From: Gemmatimonadota bacterium
GTDB taxonomy: Bacteria > Gemmatimonadota > Gemmatimonadetes > Palauibacterales > Palauibacteraceae
Assembly: GCA_022820995.1 (NCBI GenBank)
Contig: JAJEEM010000050.1
Coordinates: 1,140 to 65,139, forward strand
Length of the DNA: 64,000 nt
Direction: 5' to 3'
Positions 27,043 through 36,260 of the stretch are shown in pieces. A program made the position numbers and the translations under genes. Under the pieces are notes generated by a model, which had not been told where the DNA came from, made no database searches, and saw only the letters and a program-made list of their open reading frames with translations. Position 1 is the stretch's first letter. Every line of letters begins with the position of its first letter.

Positions 27043-29061
27043 CTACGGGACGAGTTCCTGGCGCGGCTGGAGCTTCACTGCCCACAGCCCGCTGAAGTAC
27101 TCCGCGAAGAAGAGGTTCCCCTTGTGGATCTGCGGACCCCAGGTGAAGGGGGCGTTCGCCACCACGCCGTCCGGATCGTACGCCATGTAGCGCGCGATCT
27201 CGCGGCCCTGCTCGCCCAGGTTCCCCTTCAGTTCCCCGGAAATGTCCAGTACGCGCAGCCCGCCGTTGTAGAACGCCGCGTAGAGCTTGTCGTCCTCGAT
27301 CCACATGTTGTGAGAGCCCGCCTCGGGGATCTCGTAGCGTGCGACTTCCTCGGGGTTGTCGGGATCCGTGAAGTCCACCACGTGGATGTAGCCCGACATG
27401 AACTGCGGCGTGCGCTCGGGATCCTGCCCGTCGAAGCCCGGGCGCCCCGCCTCGTCTCCCATGAACACGTAGAAGCGTCCCGTGGGACTCCGGTACGGGA
27501 AGGCCGCGTGCGTCCGCCCGCCGATGTCGCGGAAGCGCGCGATCTCCACGGGGTTGGACGGAGAGCCGCCGCGGTCGCCGCCCCCCACGTCGATGAGCAC
27601 GACGCCGTCGCCCCAGTTCGAGGTGTAGGCGATCCCGTCCACGATCCAGATGTCGTGGATCGCGTGCCCCGGCGTGTCGAGTTCGAACCGTCCCACGCGG
27701 TGCGGGCGGGCCGGGTCCTCGATGTTGATCACGTCGAAGCGGCGCCCGTTGTTCACCGCGTACACGTGATCCTCGTGGATGAAGAGGTTGTGAACGCCGC
27801 CCGTGAGTTCGTCGTCGAACACGGAGATCGTCGTCACGTCCCGCGGGTTCCGGCAGTCGAGGATGACGATCCCGTTGCGGCGATTCGAGGCGCCTTCGCG
27901 CGAAATCACGCAGATCTCCCCGTCCTCGCTCACCTTCACGTCATTCGTCGTGCGCGCGTCGACGACGACGGAATCCGTGAGGACCGGACTCGCCGGGTCC
28001 GTCACGTCCCAGAAGTAGACGGCCCCCGCCGCCGCGTGCGTGCCGGTGATCGCGTAGTCGCGCCCGTCGACGCCCTCCCAGACCCACAGGTCCGAGGTGC
28101 GCTCGTTGTTCACCTGTCCCTGCCCCACGAACGTCACTTCCTGCGAGGCGTGTCGCGCATGGATTTCAAGCGAGGTGCGCGCGGCGCGGCCCGGCACGTT
28201 GGCGACGACGGTGTAGACGCCGGGGAAGTACGCCACGAACCGGCCCTGCTCATCGATCTCCGCCGGGGGAATGTCCGCCGTGGCCTCGATCGCGGGATCC
28301 GACATCACGGTCCAGGTGACGGGCAGGTCGGCCACGGCCCCGCCCATCGCGTCCTCGACCATCGCCTCGAAACGCACGACGTCGCCCGTCCGCGCCCGCT
28401 CCGCGCTCCCGGACACCGTCAGGCGCGCGGCGGGGTTCTCCCGGACTTCGTAGGGGACCTCCGCGGCGATGCCTTCGGCTTCCGCCCGCAGCACCACCGC
28501 GCCCGGCGCGTGCGCCGTGAGGATGCCGAAGCGGTCCACGGTCGCGACGCCCTCGTCGGAGGTGGACCAGCGGATCTCGCCGTCACGCTCGTCCTCGGCC
28601 GTGTCAAGCAGCGCGGCCCGGTGACGCGTCGCGACGCCCACATACGTCGAACCGCCCGAAGGCGTCACGTCGATCCGTTCCAGCGGGGGGTACGCCACGC
28701 TCACCATGGCCTCCCCGCGCAGGCCGCGTGCCGTCGCGACGATGGCGGAGATGAGAAACTCGCCCCCCTTCACTGCTCTCACCCGGCCGGTCGCGCGGTC
28801 CACGTCGATGCTCTGCCGCGCACTCCCGCTCCGTCCGTCCGCGAAGGAGGGGAAGAAGAGGACCTGGGCGTCGACCGCGTTCCCGTTCGCGTCCAGAACG
28901 CGGACTTCCAGCGTGACCTCATCGCCCACCTCGAGCGACAGCGCACCCGGCACGACCTCGACCGACACCGCCTCCTGCGCAGCAACAGGCGCGGCGGTGG
29001 TCAAACCGAGAAGAATGAGAAGCGCGAAACGGGAGAAAATCGCCGGGTTGCGGTACATCAT
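27043..29061 (-). CDS. Secreted Ig-like + LVIVD-repeat beta-propeller protein
   Basis: Signal peptide, Big_2-like repeats (IRWSTSDEGVATVD), LVIVD repeats (IVILDCRNP, IHVVDFTDP, LRVLDIS). Confidence 0.85.
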   Translation of the reverse strand: MMYRNPAIFSRFALLILLGLTTAAPVAAQEAVSVEVVPGALSLEVGDEVTLEVRVLDANGNAVDAQVLFFPSFADGRSGSARQSIDVDRATGRVRAVKGGEFLISAIVATARGLRGEAMVSVAYPPLERIDVTPSGGSTYVGVATRHRAALLDTAEDERDGEIRWSTSDEGVATVDRFGILTAHAPGAVVLRAEAEGIAAEVPYEVRENPAARLTVSGSAERARTGDVVRFEAMVEDAMGGAVADLPVTWTVMSDPAIEATADIPPAEIDEQGRFVAYFPGVYTVVANVPGRAARTSLEIHARHASQEVTFVGQGQVNNERTSDLWVWEGVDGRDYAITGTHAAAGAVYFWDVTDPASPVLTDSVVVDARTTNDVKVSEDGEICVISREGASNRRNGIVILDCRNPRDVTTISVFDDELTGGVHNLFIHEDHVYAVNNGRRFDVINIEDPARPHRVGRFELDTPGHAIHDIWIVDGIAYTSNWGDGVVLIDVGGGDRGGSPSNPVEIARFRDIGGRTHAAFPYRSPTGRFYVFMGDEAGRPGFDGQDPERTPQFMSGYIHVVDFTDPDNPEEVARYEIPEAGSHNMWIEDDKLYAAFYNGGLRVLDISGELKGNLGEQGREIARYMAYDPDGVVANAPFTWGPQIHKGNLFFAEYFSGLWAVKLQPRQELVP

Positions 29062-29152
29062 CGCTCCACCTTCGTCGTCGGAGTCACTGCGTCGGGGGAT
29101 CCCCACAAGATGTCCGCCAAACGAGGGACGCCGCAACGAGAGGAGCGGGATC

Positions 29153-29371
29153 TCAGCCGTACTCCGCGCTCCGCGCCGCTTTGAGTTTCGGCGTCGACTG
29201 CGCGGGCACCGTCAGAACTTCTCCCGTTCCGGCGTCCACGCCGACAAGCACATTCCTGACGGTGGCGTTCGACTTCTCGAGTTCGACCGTTCGGCACTCG
29301 TAAACGATCTCGACGCGCCCGCGTTCGGGGGCCAGAGCGTGCCCGCGATCTCCCACCCGCAAGATCTTCAT
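29153..29371 (-). CDS. Small hypothetical protein resembling a YgiT/MqsA-type zinc ribbon that has lost its cysteines
   Basis: 72 aa, AAGGG/AGGGTGA upstream, fills the gap between two genes; pattern MKI...GD...A......V.NVLVGV......V...PAQSTP. Confidence 0.6.
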   Translation of the reverse strand: MKILRVGDRGHALAPERGRVEIVYECRTVELEKSNATVRNVLVGVDAGTGEVLTVPAQSTPKLKAARSAEYG

Positions 29372-29440
29372 CTCATCACCCTGCCCTTTGAACGCTCACG
29401 CCGATCGCGAGACCGCCGAGACGCAGTCGAGAGGAAATCC

Positions 29441-29477
29441 ATTCACACGGTGAATGATAATCATTCATGGCGTGAAT
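29441..29477. promoter_or_regulatory. 37-bp palindromic operator with Fur-box-like core
   Basis: ATTCAC-acgg-TGAATGAT-A-ATCATTCA-tggc-GTGAAT, symmetric about 29459. Confidence 0.7.
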
Positions 29478-29498
29478 TGTATGGAGGCCGCGCGAGGG

Positions 29499-31178
29499 TC
29501 AGTAGCTGTGGGTGTGGACACCCTGGACCGCGCGGCCGGAGGGGTCGGCCATGCCGGCGAAGGCGGGGTCCCAGGCGATCGCGGCCGGCGTACTGCAGGC
29601 GATGCTCGGGCCCTCCGGGACGCAGCGCACCGCGGGCTCGCCGGGGAAGTGCGACGCGAAGATCGAGCGGTAGAGATACGCTTCCTTCGTGAGCGGCGTG
29701 TTGGTGGGGAACCGCGCCGCCGCCCGCTCGAGCTGTCCATCGCTGATCTCCGCCTCGGCCGTCTCCTTCAGGCTGTCGATCCAGGAGTAGCCCACGCCGT
29801 CGGAGAACTGCTCCTTCTGGCGCCAGAGGATCTCGTCCGGGAGGAGTCCCTCGAACGCCTCGCGCAGGATGTGCTTCTCCATGCGTCCGTCCGCCGGCCG
29901 CTTCGACTCCGGGTCGAGGGCCATCGCCACGTCGAGGAACTCGCGGTCGAGGAAGGGGACGCGCGCCTCCACTCCCCAGGCCGCCATCGACTTGTTCGCC
30001 CGCAGACAGTCGTACTTGTGGAGCTGGTCGAGCTTGCGGACGGTCTCCTCGTGGAACGCCCTCGCGTCGGGCGCCTTGTGGAAGTAGAGGTAGCCCCCGA
30101 ACACCTCGTCGGCGCCCTCCCCGGAGAGCACCATCTTGATCCCCATCGCCTTGATGCGGCGGGCCATGAGATACATCGGCGTGGAGGCCCGCACCGTCGT
30201 CACGTCGAACGTCTCCAGGTGCCGGATCACGTCGGAGACCGCGTCGAGTCCCTCTTGCAGCGTGTAGACGATCTCGTGATGCACGGTGCCGATCGCGTCC
30301 GCCGCTGCGCGCGCCGCCTCCAGGTCCGGGGCCCCCTCGAGTCCGATCGCGAACGAATGGAGCCGCGGCCACCACGCCTCCTCCGTGTCGTCCGATTCGA
30401 CCCGCCGGCGGGAGAACTTCATCGCCAGCGCCGAGATGATCGACGAGTCGAGGCCCCCCGAGAGGAGCACGCCGTACGGCACGTCCGACATGAGCTGCCG
30501 GTGGACCGCTTTCTCCAGCGCCTCCCGGACCCGCTCAGGATCCGCGGGACCGCCCGCCACGGCCTCGTAGTCGCGCCACCCCGGCCGGTAGTACGGAACG
30601 GGCCGGCCATCGCCCTCGCGGCTGTCGAGCATGTGCCCCGGCGGGAAGTCGTGGATCTCGGGACAGGTGTCGATGAGCGCCTTCATCTCGGAGGCCACGT
30701 AGAAGCGCCCCTCCGAATCCCGCCCCGTGTAGAGCGGCATGACGCCGATGGGATCCCGCGCGATGAGGTAGCGGTCGCGCGCCTCGTCGTAGAGGGCGAA
30801 GGCGAAGATCCCGCTCAGCTCGTTGAGCCACTCGCCGGGATCGTCGGGTCGTCCCTCGTACAGCGCGAGGATGACCTCGCAGTCGGAGCGCGTCCGGAAC
30901 GGATAGCCGCGCGCCGCGCCCCGCTCCAGCTCCGTGTGGTTGTAGATCTCCCCGTTGACCGCGAGCACCGTCGTGCGGTCGGGCCCGAACAGGGGCTGCG
31001 CGCCGCTCTCCACGTCGACGATGGAGAGCCGCTCGTGGGCGAGGATCGCCCGCTCGCCCGAGTAGATGCCGCTCCAGTCGGGACCCCGGTGCCGTTGGCG
31101 CCGCGAAAGGTCCAGCGCCCGGCGGCGGAGGCCCGTTGCGCCGGGTTCGATCTCGAAGATGCCGAGGACGGAACACAT
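29499..31178 (-). CDS. asnB: Asparagine synthetase B (glutamine-hydrolysing)
   Basis: N-terminal Cys2 (Ntn), RHRGPDWSG, NGEIYNH, LLSGGLDSS, SGEGADE, WRQKEQFSDGVG. Confidence 0.97.
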   Translation of the reverse strand: MCSVLGIFEIEPGATGLRRRALDLSRRQRHRGPDWSGIYSGERAILAHERLSIVDVESGAQPLFGPDRTTVLAVNGEIYNHTELERGAARGYPFRTRSDCEVILALYEGRPDDPGEWLNELSGIFAFALYDEARDRYLIARDPIGVMPLYTGRDSEGRFYVASEMKALIDTCPEIHDFPPGHMLDSREGDGRPVPYYRPGWRDYEAVAGGPADPERVREALEKAVHRQLMSDVPYGVLLSGGLDSSIISALAMKFSRRRVESDDTEEAWWPRLHSFAIGLEGAPDLEAARAAADAIGTVHHEIVYTLQEGLDAVSDVIRHLETFDVTTVRASTPMYLMARRIKAMGIKMVLSGEGADEVFGGYLYFHKAPDARAFHEETVRKLDQLHKYDCLRANKSMAAWGVEARVPFLDREFLDVAMALDPESKRPADGRMEKHILREAFEGLLPDEILWRQKEQFSDGVGYSWIDSLKETAEAEISDGQLERAAARFPTNTPLTKEAYLYRSIFASHFPGEPAVRCVPEGPSIACSTPAAIAWDPAFAGMADPSGRAVQGVHTHSY

Positions 31179-31239
31179 GACCGGAAGCGCCCGCCCTCAG
31201 CCCGAGGGGGGCGCGTCGGCCCGGTCGTCGGACGGAGTG

Positions 31240-33573
31240 TCAGGGGACAAGTCGTTCCGTCCGCGGCTTCACGAGAAATAGTCCCTCGCGCCGGCTGGAG
31301 AGGAGGATCGTCCCGCTCTCGAAGTACGGATAGACGCTCCACGTCCCGTCGAAGCCCGCCGCGTCCTCGCTCCAGGGCGTGGTGTCGAAGCTCCCGGCCT
31401 CCGTCGGGTTCTCGGGGTCGCTGATGTCGAGCACGCGCAGTCCGGCCCGGTTGTTCGACATGTAGAGGCGGTTGCCCCGCACGTAGAGGTTGTGGTCCGT
31501 GACGCTCGTCGCGCTGTAGTACTCGCGCACGAGGAGGGGATCGTCGAGGTCGCGCAGATCCCACACGAGGGTCCGGGTCCGGTCCACCTGCCCGCTCACC
31601 TCATCGAGTTCATCGTTGGAGTAGAAGTACGCGTGATCTTCCGTGAGCCAGCCCTGGTGCGCGTAGGCCACGTTCGGGTACTCCGCCCGCGCCACCGCGA
31701 TCGGGTTCGACTTGTCCGTGACATCCGCGATCGAGATCGCCGTCTCGTTCGCGTTCACGCAGATCTCGCGGCCCGCGTAGTCCTCGTCCGGGCCGTGGTA
31801 GACGACGCACTGCGTGTCGTGCGAGTTCCCGGTGTTGCGGCGGCCGGTGTTCGGATGGGCGAAACAGCCGACGAACATCGGATTGAGCGGGTCGTTGATG
31901 TCGACAATGTGCGATCCGCCGCCGCACGTCTCCCCGCCACCGGACGCACCCACCAGGTACGCGAAACCCGTCTCCTCGTTGATCGCGACGTTGTGGACGG
32001 AGGCGACATCCTCATACAGCGCCGTGGGCTCCCAGTCGCGGGGCTCCGTGACGTCGCGCAACTGGGTGAGGTCGAAGATCTGCATCCCGTGCTGCCCCGC
32101 GCCGTCCGCGACGACGAACATGTGGTCCATGAACACCTTCATGTCGCGCCACGTGTTGGACCGGGTGCCCGGAGTCTTTGCGAAGTTGCCGAGATATCGC
32201 GGGTTGAACGGGTCCGTGACGTCGACGAACGCGATGCCGTCCATGCGGCCCACGAGCGCGTATTCCCGTCCCGTCAACGGATCGGTCCAGCCCCACACAT
32301 CGTTGAGCCGGACGCCGCGGGGGGCGCCGAGTTCTTCCCGGGGGATGAAGGAGAGGAGATCCACGCGGTCGCAGTCGAAGCCCTCGGCGAGCCCCTCCTC
32401 GCAGTCGATCTGTCCGCCCGAGATCGAGGACAGTCCGACCTGCTCGCTCACGAGCCGGATCAACCCGCTGGACTCCATGAGCACGGCGGAGCCGGCTCCG
32501 AAGTCGTCGGCCGGCAGACCCGCAACCACCCGGCCGCCGCCCGCAGCCACCACGCGTCCCGTCTGGACCGGTTCCCGGCCCGGCATCTCGAGCCCGGCTT
32601 CGACCGTCCAGCCGTCGTCCGAGCGCTCGACCTGGTACACGAGACCCCTTCCGAAGGCCAGTGGCGCACCGACCCACGCGGTGGCGCCATCCACGGCGAG
32701 CGCGGCGCCGAACGCGGCGGGGGCATCGTTGTCGGGCGCCACGGTCCCGGCGAGCCGCCATTCCCCGTCGGCGTTACGCGCGAAGCGGTGGATGGCGCCG
32801 AGTCCGGCGTCCTGTCCGGCCGCGCCGACCAGCGCCTCGTCGCCGGCGAACGCGACGGCGGACCCGAACGCGCGCCCCTCATCGCCGTCATCGCCGCCGA
32901 GTTGGGCGACGCGCTGCCAGCCGGCACCGGTGTCGAAGCCGAAGAGGTACGCCTCGCCGCGAGCCTCATCGACGAGCGGCGCGCCGACCAGCGCGAGGTC
33001 GCCGTTGAGCGCGATCGACGCTCCGAACCCCGCCGGCGCGCCGTCCGCCCCCAGGCGCCCTTCCTCCTCCCAGCCGCCGTTCGCGCGCCGATAGGCGACG
33101 ACGACCGGCGCGCCGGCGCCGTCCGCTGCCGACACGAGGAGGTGCTCCGTTCCGGCGGCCAGCGAGCGCCCGAACTCCTCCAGTCCGGGCGAGGCGATCT
33201 CGGTCGCGTGCCGCCACTCGCCGTCCGCGTCCGCCCGCTCGAACACATGCACGGAACCCGCCCCCGGCGCACCCACGAACAACCGGGCGCCGGCGGCCGC
33301 GAGCGCTACGCCGAAGCGGTCTCGCACCGCAGCGTCCGGCGCGTACAGCGCCTGGACTTCGGTCCAGTCGTCGGGGCGGAAGACGCGCACGCTTCCCGGC
33401 TCGCGCTCGGACGTGGGCTCCCCCACCAGGACTTCGTCCTCGACAATGACGACCGAACTGCCGAGTCCCTGCCCGGCCAGCCCCGAGGGTCCCGCGATCG
33501 AGATCAGGACGGCAAAGGCCGCAGGGACGGCGAAGGTGGCGGCCGATGATCGGATCTTCATGACTGTGACCAT
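31240..33573 (-). CDS. Choice-of-anchor B family protein with FG-GAP repeats
   Basis: SD GGAGGA, signal peptide, FG..VA..GAP repeats, NDVWGWTDP..REYALVG, WRDMKV, HDTQC, YAHQGW, DELDE, DHNLYV, WSVYPYFESG. Confidence 0.88.
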   Translation of the reverse strand: MVTVMKIRSSAATFAVPAAFAVLISIAGPSGLAGQGLGSSVVIVEDEVLVGEPTSEREPGSVRVFRPDDWTEVQALYAPDAAVRDRFGVALAAAGARLFVGAPGAGSVHVFERADADGEWRHATEIASPGLEEFGRSLAAGTEHLLVSAADGAGAPVVVAYRRANGGWEEEGRLGADGAPAGFGASIALNGDLALVGAPLVDEARGEAYLFGFDTGAGWQRVAQLGGDDGDEGRAFGSAVAFAGDEALVGAAGQDAGLGAIHRFARNADGEWRLAGTVAPDNDAPAAFGAALAVDGATAWVGAPLAFGRGLVYQVERSDDGWTVEAGLEMPGREPVQTGRVVAAGGGRVVAGLPADDFGAGSAVLMESSGLIRLVSEQVGLSSISGGQIDCEEGLAEGFDCDRVDLLSFIPREELGAPRGVRLNDVWGWTDPLTGREYALVGRMDGIAFVDVTDPFNPRYLGNFAKTPGTRSNTWRDMKVFMDHMFVVADGAGQHGMQIFDLTQLRDVTEPRDWEPTALYEDVASVHNVAINEETGFAYLVGASGGGETCGGGSHIVDINDPLNPMFVGCFAHPNTGRRNTGNSHDTQCVVYHGPDEDYAGREICVNANETAISIADVTDKSNPIAVARAEYPNVAYAHQGWLTEDHAYFYSNDELDEVSGQVDRTRTLVWDLRDLDDPLLVREYYSATSVTDHNLYVRGNRLYMSNNRAGLRVLDISDPENPTEAGSFDTTPWSEDAAGFDGTWSVYPYFESGTILLSSRREGLFLVKPRTERLVP

Positions 33574-33575
33574 GC

Positions 33576-35018
33576 TTAGGGTCCTCCGGTTTCCAGCGGT
33601 CCCGCGTACGCGGTGAACAGGTCGTTGATGTAGTGGACGTCGCGCCCCTCGCGGGCCAGATAGCTCGCGGCCACCGCAGCCCGCGCGCCGCTCAGGCAAT
33701 GTACGAGCAGCGAACCGTTCGACGGCAGCCGGTCGGCGTAGTCGGGCAGCCGAGTATAGGACGCGTTCACCGCTCCGGGCAGGTGCGACGCCGCGTACTC
33801 CGACGCGTATCTCACGTCGAGGACGTCGCCGGTCCCATCTTCCGAGAGACGGCTCGCCGCGTCGAGGTCGATCTCCGGGATCGCGGCCGCCTCCCCGCCC
33901 CCGTCAAAGTACCGTTCGAGCGTTTCGTGCTCCACGAAGCCCCTCACGTCGTCGAACCCGATCCGGACCAGGCGCCGCACCGCCCACTCGAGATCCGCCT
34001 CATCGATGACGAGCGTGACCGCCGCGCCCTCCGGCAGGACCGAGCCCGCCGCCGTGCAGAACGATTTCGTGAGCGGGACATACACCGAGCCCGGGAGATG
34101 CCGCGCCATGAACGCCGACCGGTCCGGCCGCGTGTCGATGACGACATCCCGGCCGGTCGAACCCATCCGGGCGCGAGACGCCGCCTCCCGCGGCGAGACT
34201 CGCGGCGGCCGCGGAAGGCCGCCCAGCACCGGGGCCCCGTCACGGTTGTCCCGTTTCATGCGGGCGAAGTACATCGGCGGCTCGGGCTGCCCTTCGAGGA
34301 TATGGGAGATGAACGCGTCCTCCCCTTCGAGCGCCGCCGCGATCGCCGGGCTGAAGCGTCTTTCGTACCCCACGGTCGTCTCGGGTACCGCCCCAAGCGC
34401 CTTCCCGCACGAGGAACCCGCGCCGTGGGCCGGCCAGACCTGCAGGTAGTCGGGCAGGTCGAGGAAGCTCCGCACCGAGCGGTACAGCCGGCGCGCGGCT
34501 GGCGTCATCGCTCCCGCGACCCGCGCCGCCGTCTCGAGCAGGTCGGGCCGGCCGAGATCGCCCACGAAGACGAAATCCCCGGAGAGGAGACCCATGGGCT
34601 CGTCGGCGCCCGCGCCGCGGTCCGTGACGAGAAACGACATGTGCTCAGGCGTGTGCCCCGGCGTATGCAGCGCCCGGAATTCGATCTCGCCGATTCGGAA
34701 GCCGTCGCCGTCCCGGAGCGGCACGTGGTCGCAGCCCCCGTCGCGGGCCCACTCGTACCGCCACTCGGCGCCGCCCTCATCCGGGAGATAGAGCCGGGTC
34801 CCGAAGCGCGCCGCGAACTCCCTCGCGCCGGAGAGGAAATCGGCGTGAATGTGCGTCTCGGCCACGGCGACGATCCGCAGGTCTTCGCTCGCCGCCAGAT
34901 CCACGTAGCGGTCGATGTCGCGCTGCGGATCGAAGAGGATCGCGTCTCCGGTACGCTGGCACCCGATCAGGTACGCGTACTGCGCGAGCGTGTCGTCAAA
35001 AACCTGTCGAAAGAACAT
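33576..35018 (-). CDS. MBL-fold persulfide dioxygenase-like protein fused to rhodanese domains
   Basis: ETHIHADF, TPGHTPEH, GDLGRPDL, PAHGAGSSCGK; rhodanese HLPGA..HCLSGAR. Confidence 0.9.
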   Translation of the reverse strand: MFFRQVFDDTLAQYAYLIGCQRTGDAILFDPQRDIDRYVDLAASEDLRIVAVAETHIHADFLSGAREFAARFGTRLYLPDEGGAEWRYEWARDGGCDHVPLRDGDGFRIGEIEFRALHTPGHTPEHMSFLVTDRGAGADEPMGLLSGDFVFVGDLGRPDLLETAARVAGAMTPAARRLYRSVRSFLDLPDYLQVWPAHGAGSSCGKALGAVPETTVGYERRFSPAIAAALEGEDAFISHILEGQPEPPMYFARMKRDNRDGAPVLGGLPRPPRVSPREAASRARMGSTGRDVVIDTRPDRSAFMARHLPGSVYVPLTKSFCTAAGSVLPEGAAVTLVIDEADLEWAVRRLVRIGFDDVRGFVEHETLERYFDGGGEAAAIPEIDLDAASRLSEDGTGDVLDVRYASEYAASHLPGAVNASYTRLPDYADRLPSNGSLLVHCLSGARAAVAASYLAREGRDVHYINDLFTAYAGPLETGGP

Positions 35019-35063
35019 CTCGTCGAAGCCGCCTCTCGAAGCCCTCCGCCGGGCCGGTCGCCG

Positions 35064-36260
35064 CTACGGCGCGGCGATCAGCCCCGCCAGCAACGCGACG
35101 CGCTCCACGGCCTGGTCGATCCACACGAACTCGTGCCGGGCGTGGGCGCCGTCGCCCACGGCCCCCAGCCCGTCGAGCGTCGCGGTGTACCGGCTCGTCA
35201 AGTTACCGTCCGAGCCGCCGCCCGCCGATCCCTCCCGGAGTTCGAGGCCGATCTCGTCCGCCACCCGGAGCGCCCTCTCCCAGAGCGCGACGTTGCGCGG
35301 CGTCCGCTCCAGGGGCCCCCGGCCCGCCACCTGCGAGACCGTGATCCGCGTCCCGGGCACGGTGGCCTCCAGTCCGAACATCCCCTCGCGGATCCGGTCG
35401 GCCTCCGCTGCCGTCCACACACGCACGTCCACCTCGCAACTCGCGCTCGCCGCGACCACGTTGGGGCGGGAGCCGCCCTCGACGAGCCCCACGTTCATCG
35501 TCGTTCCCGTCTCCGGGTCCGCCAGGCCGTCGATCCGGCGGATCGCGTGGGCGAGTTCGAGGATCGCCGACGCGCCTTCTTCCGGCGCGAGTCCCGCGTG
35601 CGAACTCCGCCCCTCGACCTCGACGTGGTACTGGCCGATCCCCTTGCGCCGCGTCTTGAGCCGCCCGCCGGGGCCCAGCGCGGGTTCGAGGACGAAGGCC
35701 CGGGACGCGCCGCGCGCCAGATCGCGAATCACCGGTTCGGATTCGGGGCTCCCGATCTCTTCGTCCGAGTTGATGAAGAAGACGGGTGCGATGCCCGCGT
35801 CCAGCCCCAGATCCCGGAGCGCCCGCAGCGCGAACACGCCGATCGCGAGTCCGGTCTTCATGTCGAAGGCGCCGGGACCCGAGAGGCGCCCGTCGGACAC
35901 CCGCACGGGCATTTCGCGCAGCGTGCCGATGGGCCACACCGTGTCCATGTGTCCCACGAGAAGTTGTGCTCCGCCCGCGGCGGCTTCATCCGCCGAGGCC
36001 CGTCCGTCCGCCGCCCCGGGGCTCCGCGCCAGCAGGTGACCGCCGCTCGCCCGTCCCGGGATGTGCTCCACCCCCAGACCGATGTCGCTCAGGGTTTCCG
36101 TGAGGATGGCGCGGATGCCGCCCTGGGCCTCCGGTTCGGTGGAAGGGGATTCCTCGAGCACGAGTTGGCAGATGAAGTCGACGAAGTCGTCGCGCAGTTC
36201 GGCCATCCGGCCGCTCACGGCCTGCGCGGGCGTTCGGCCGTTCGCGCCGGAGCCGGTCAC
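35064..36260 (-). CDS. M20 peptidase, glutamate carboxypeptidase-like
   Basis: GHMDTV, GPGAFDMK, SDEEIGS, LEP, GGGSDGN, DGLG..GDGAH. Confidence 0.9.
   Translation of the reverse strand: MTGSGANGRTPAQAVSGRMAELRDDFVDFICQLVLEESPSTEPEAQGGIRAILTETLSDIGLGVEHIPGRASGGHLLARSPGAADGRASADEAAAGGAQLLVGHMDTVWPIGTLREMPVRVSDGRLSGPGAFDMKTGLAIGVFALRALRDLGLDAGIAPVFFINSDEEIGSPESEPVIRDLARGASRAFVLEPALGPGGRLKTRRKGIGQYHVEVEGRSSHAGLAPEEGASAILELAHAIRRIDGLADPETGTTMNVGLVEGGSRPNVVAASASCEVDVRVWTAAEADRIREGMFGLEATVPGTRITVSQVAGRGPLERTPRNVALWERALRVADEIGLELREGSAGGGSDGNLTSRYTATLDGLGAVGDGAHARHEFVWIDQAVERVALLAGLIAAP

Noticed and set aside
29499-31178. asnB as a lasso-peptide cyclase or other biosynthetic amidotransferase
   Set aside because: Sequence matches canonical AsnB throughout, with an intact glutaminase Cys2; no precursor peptide, B protein or exosortase context is visible
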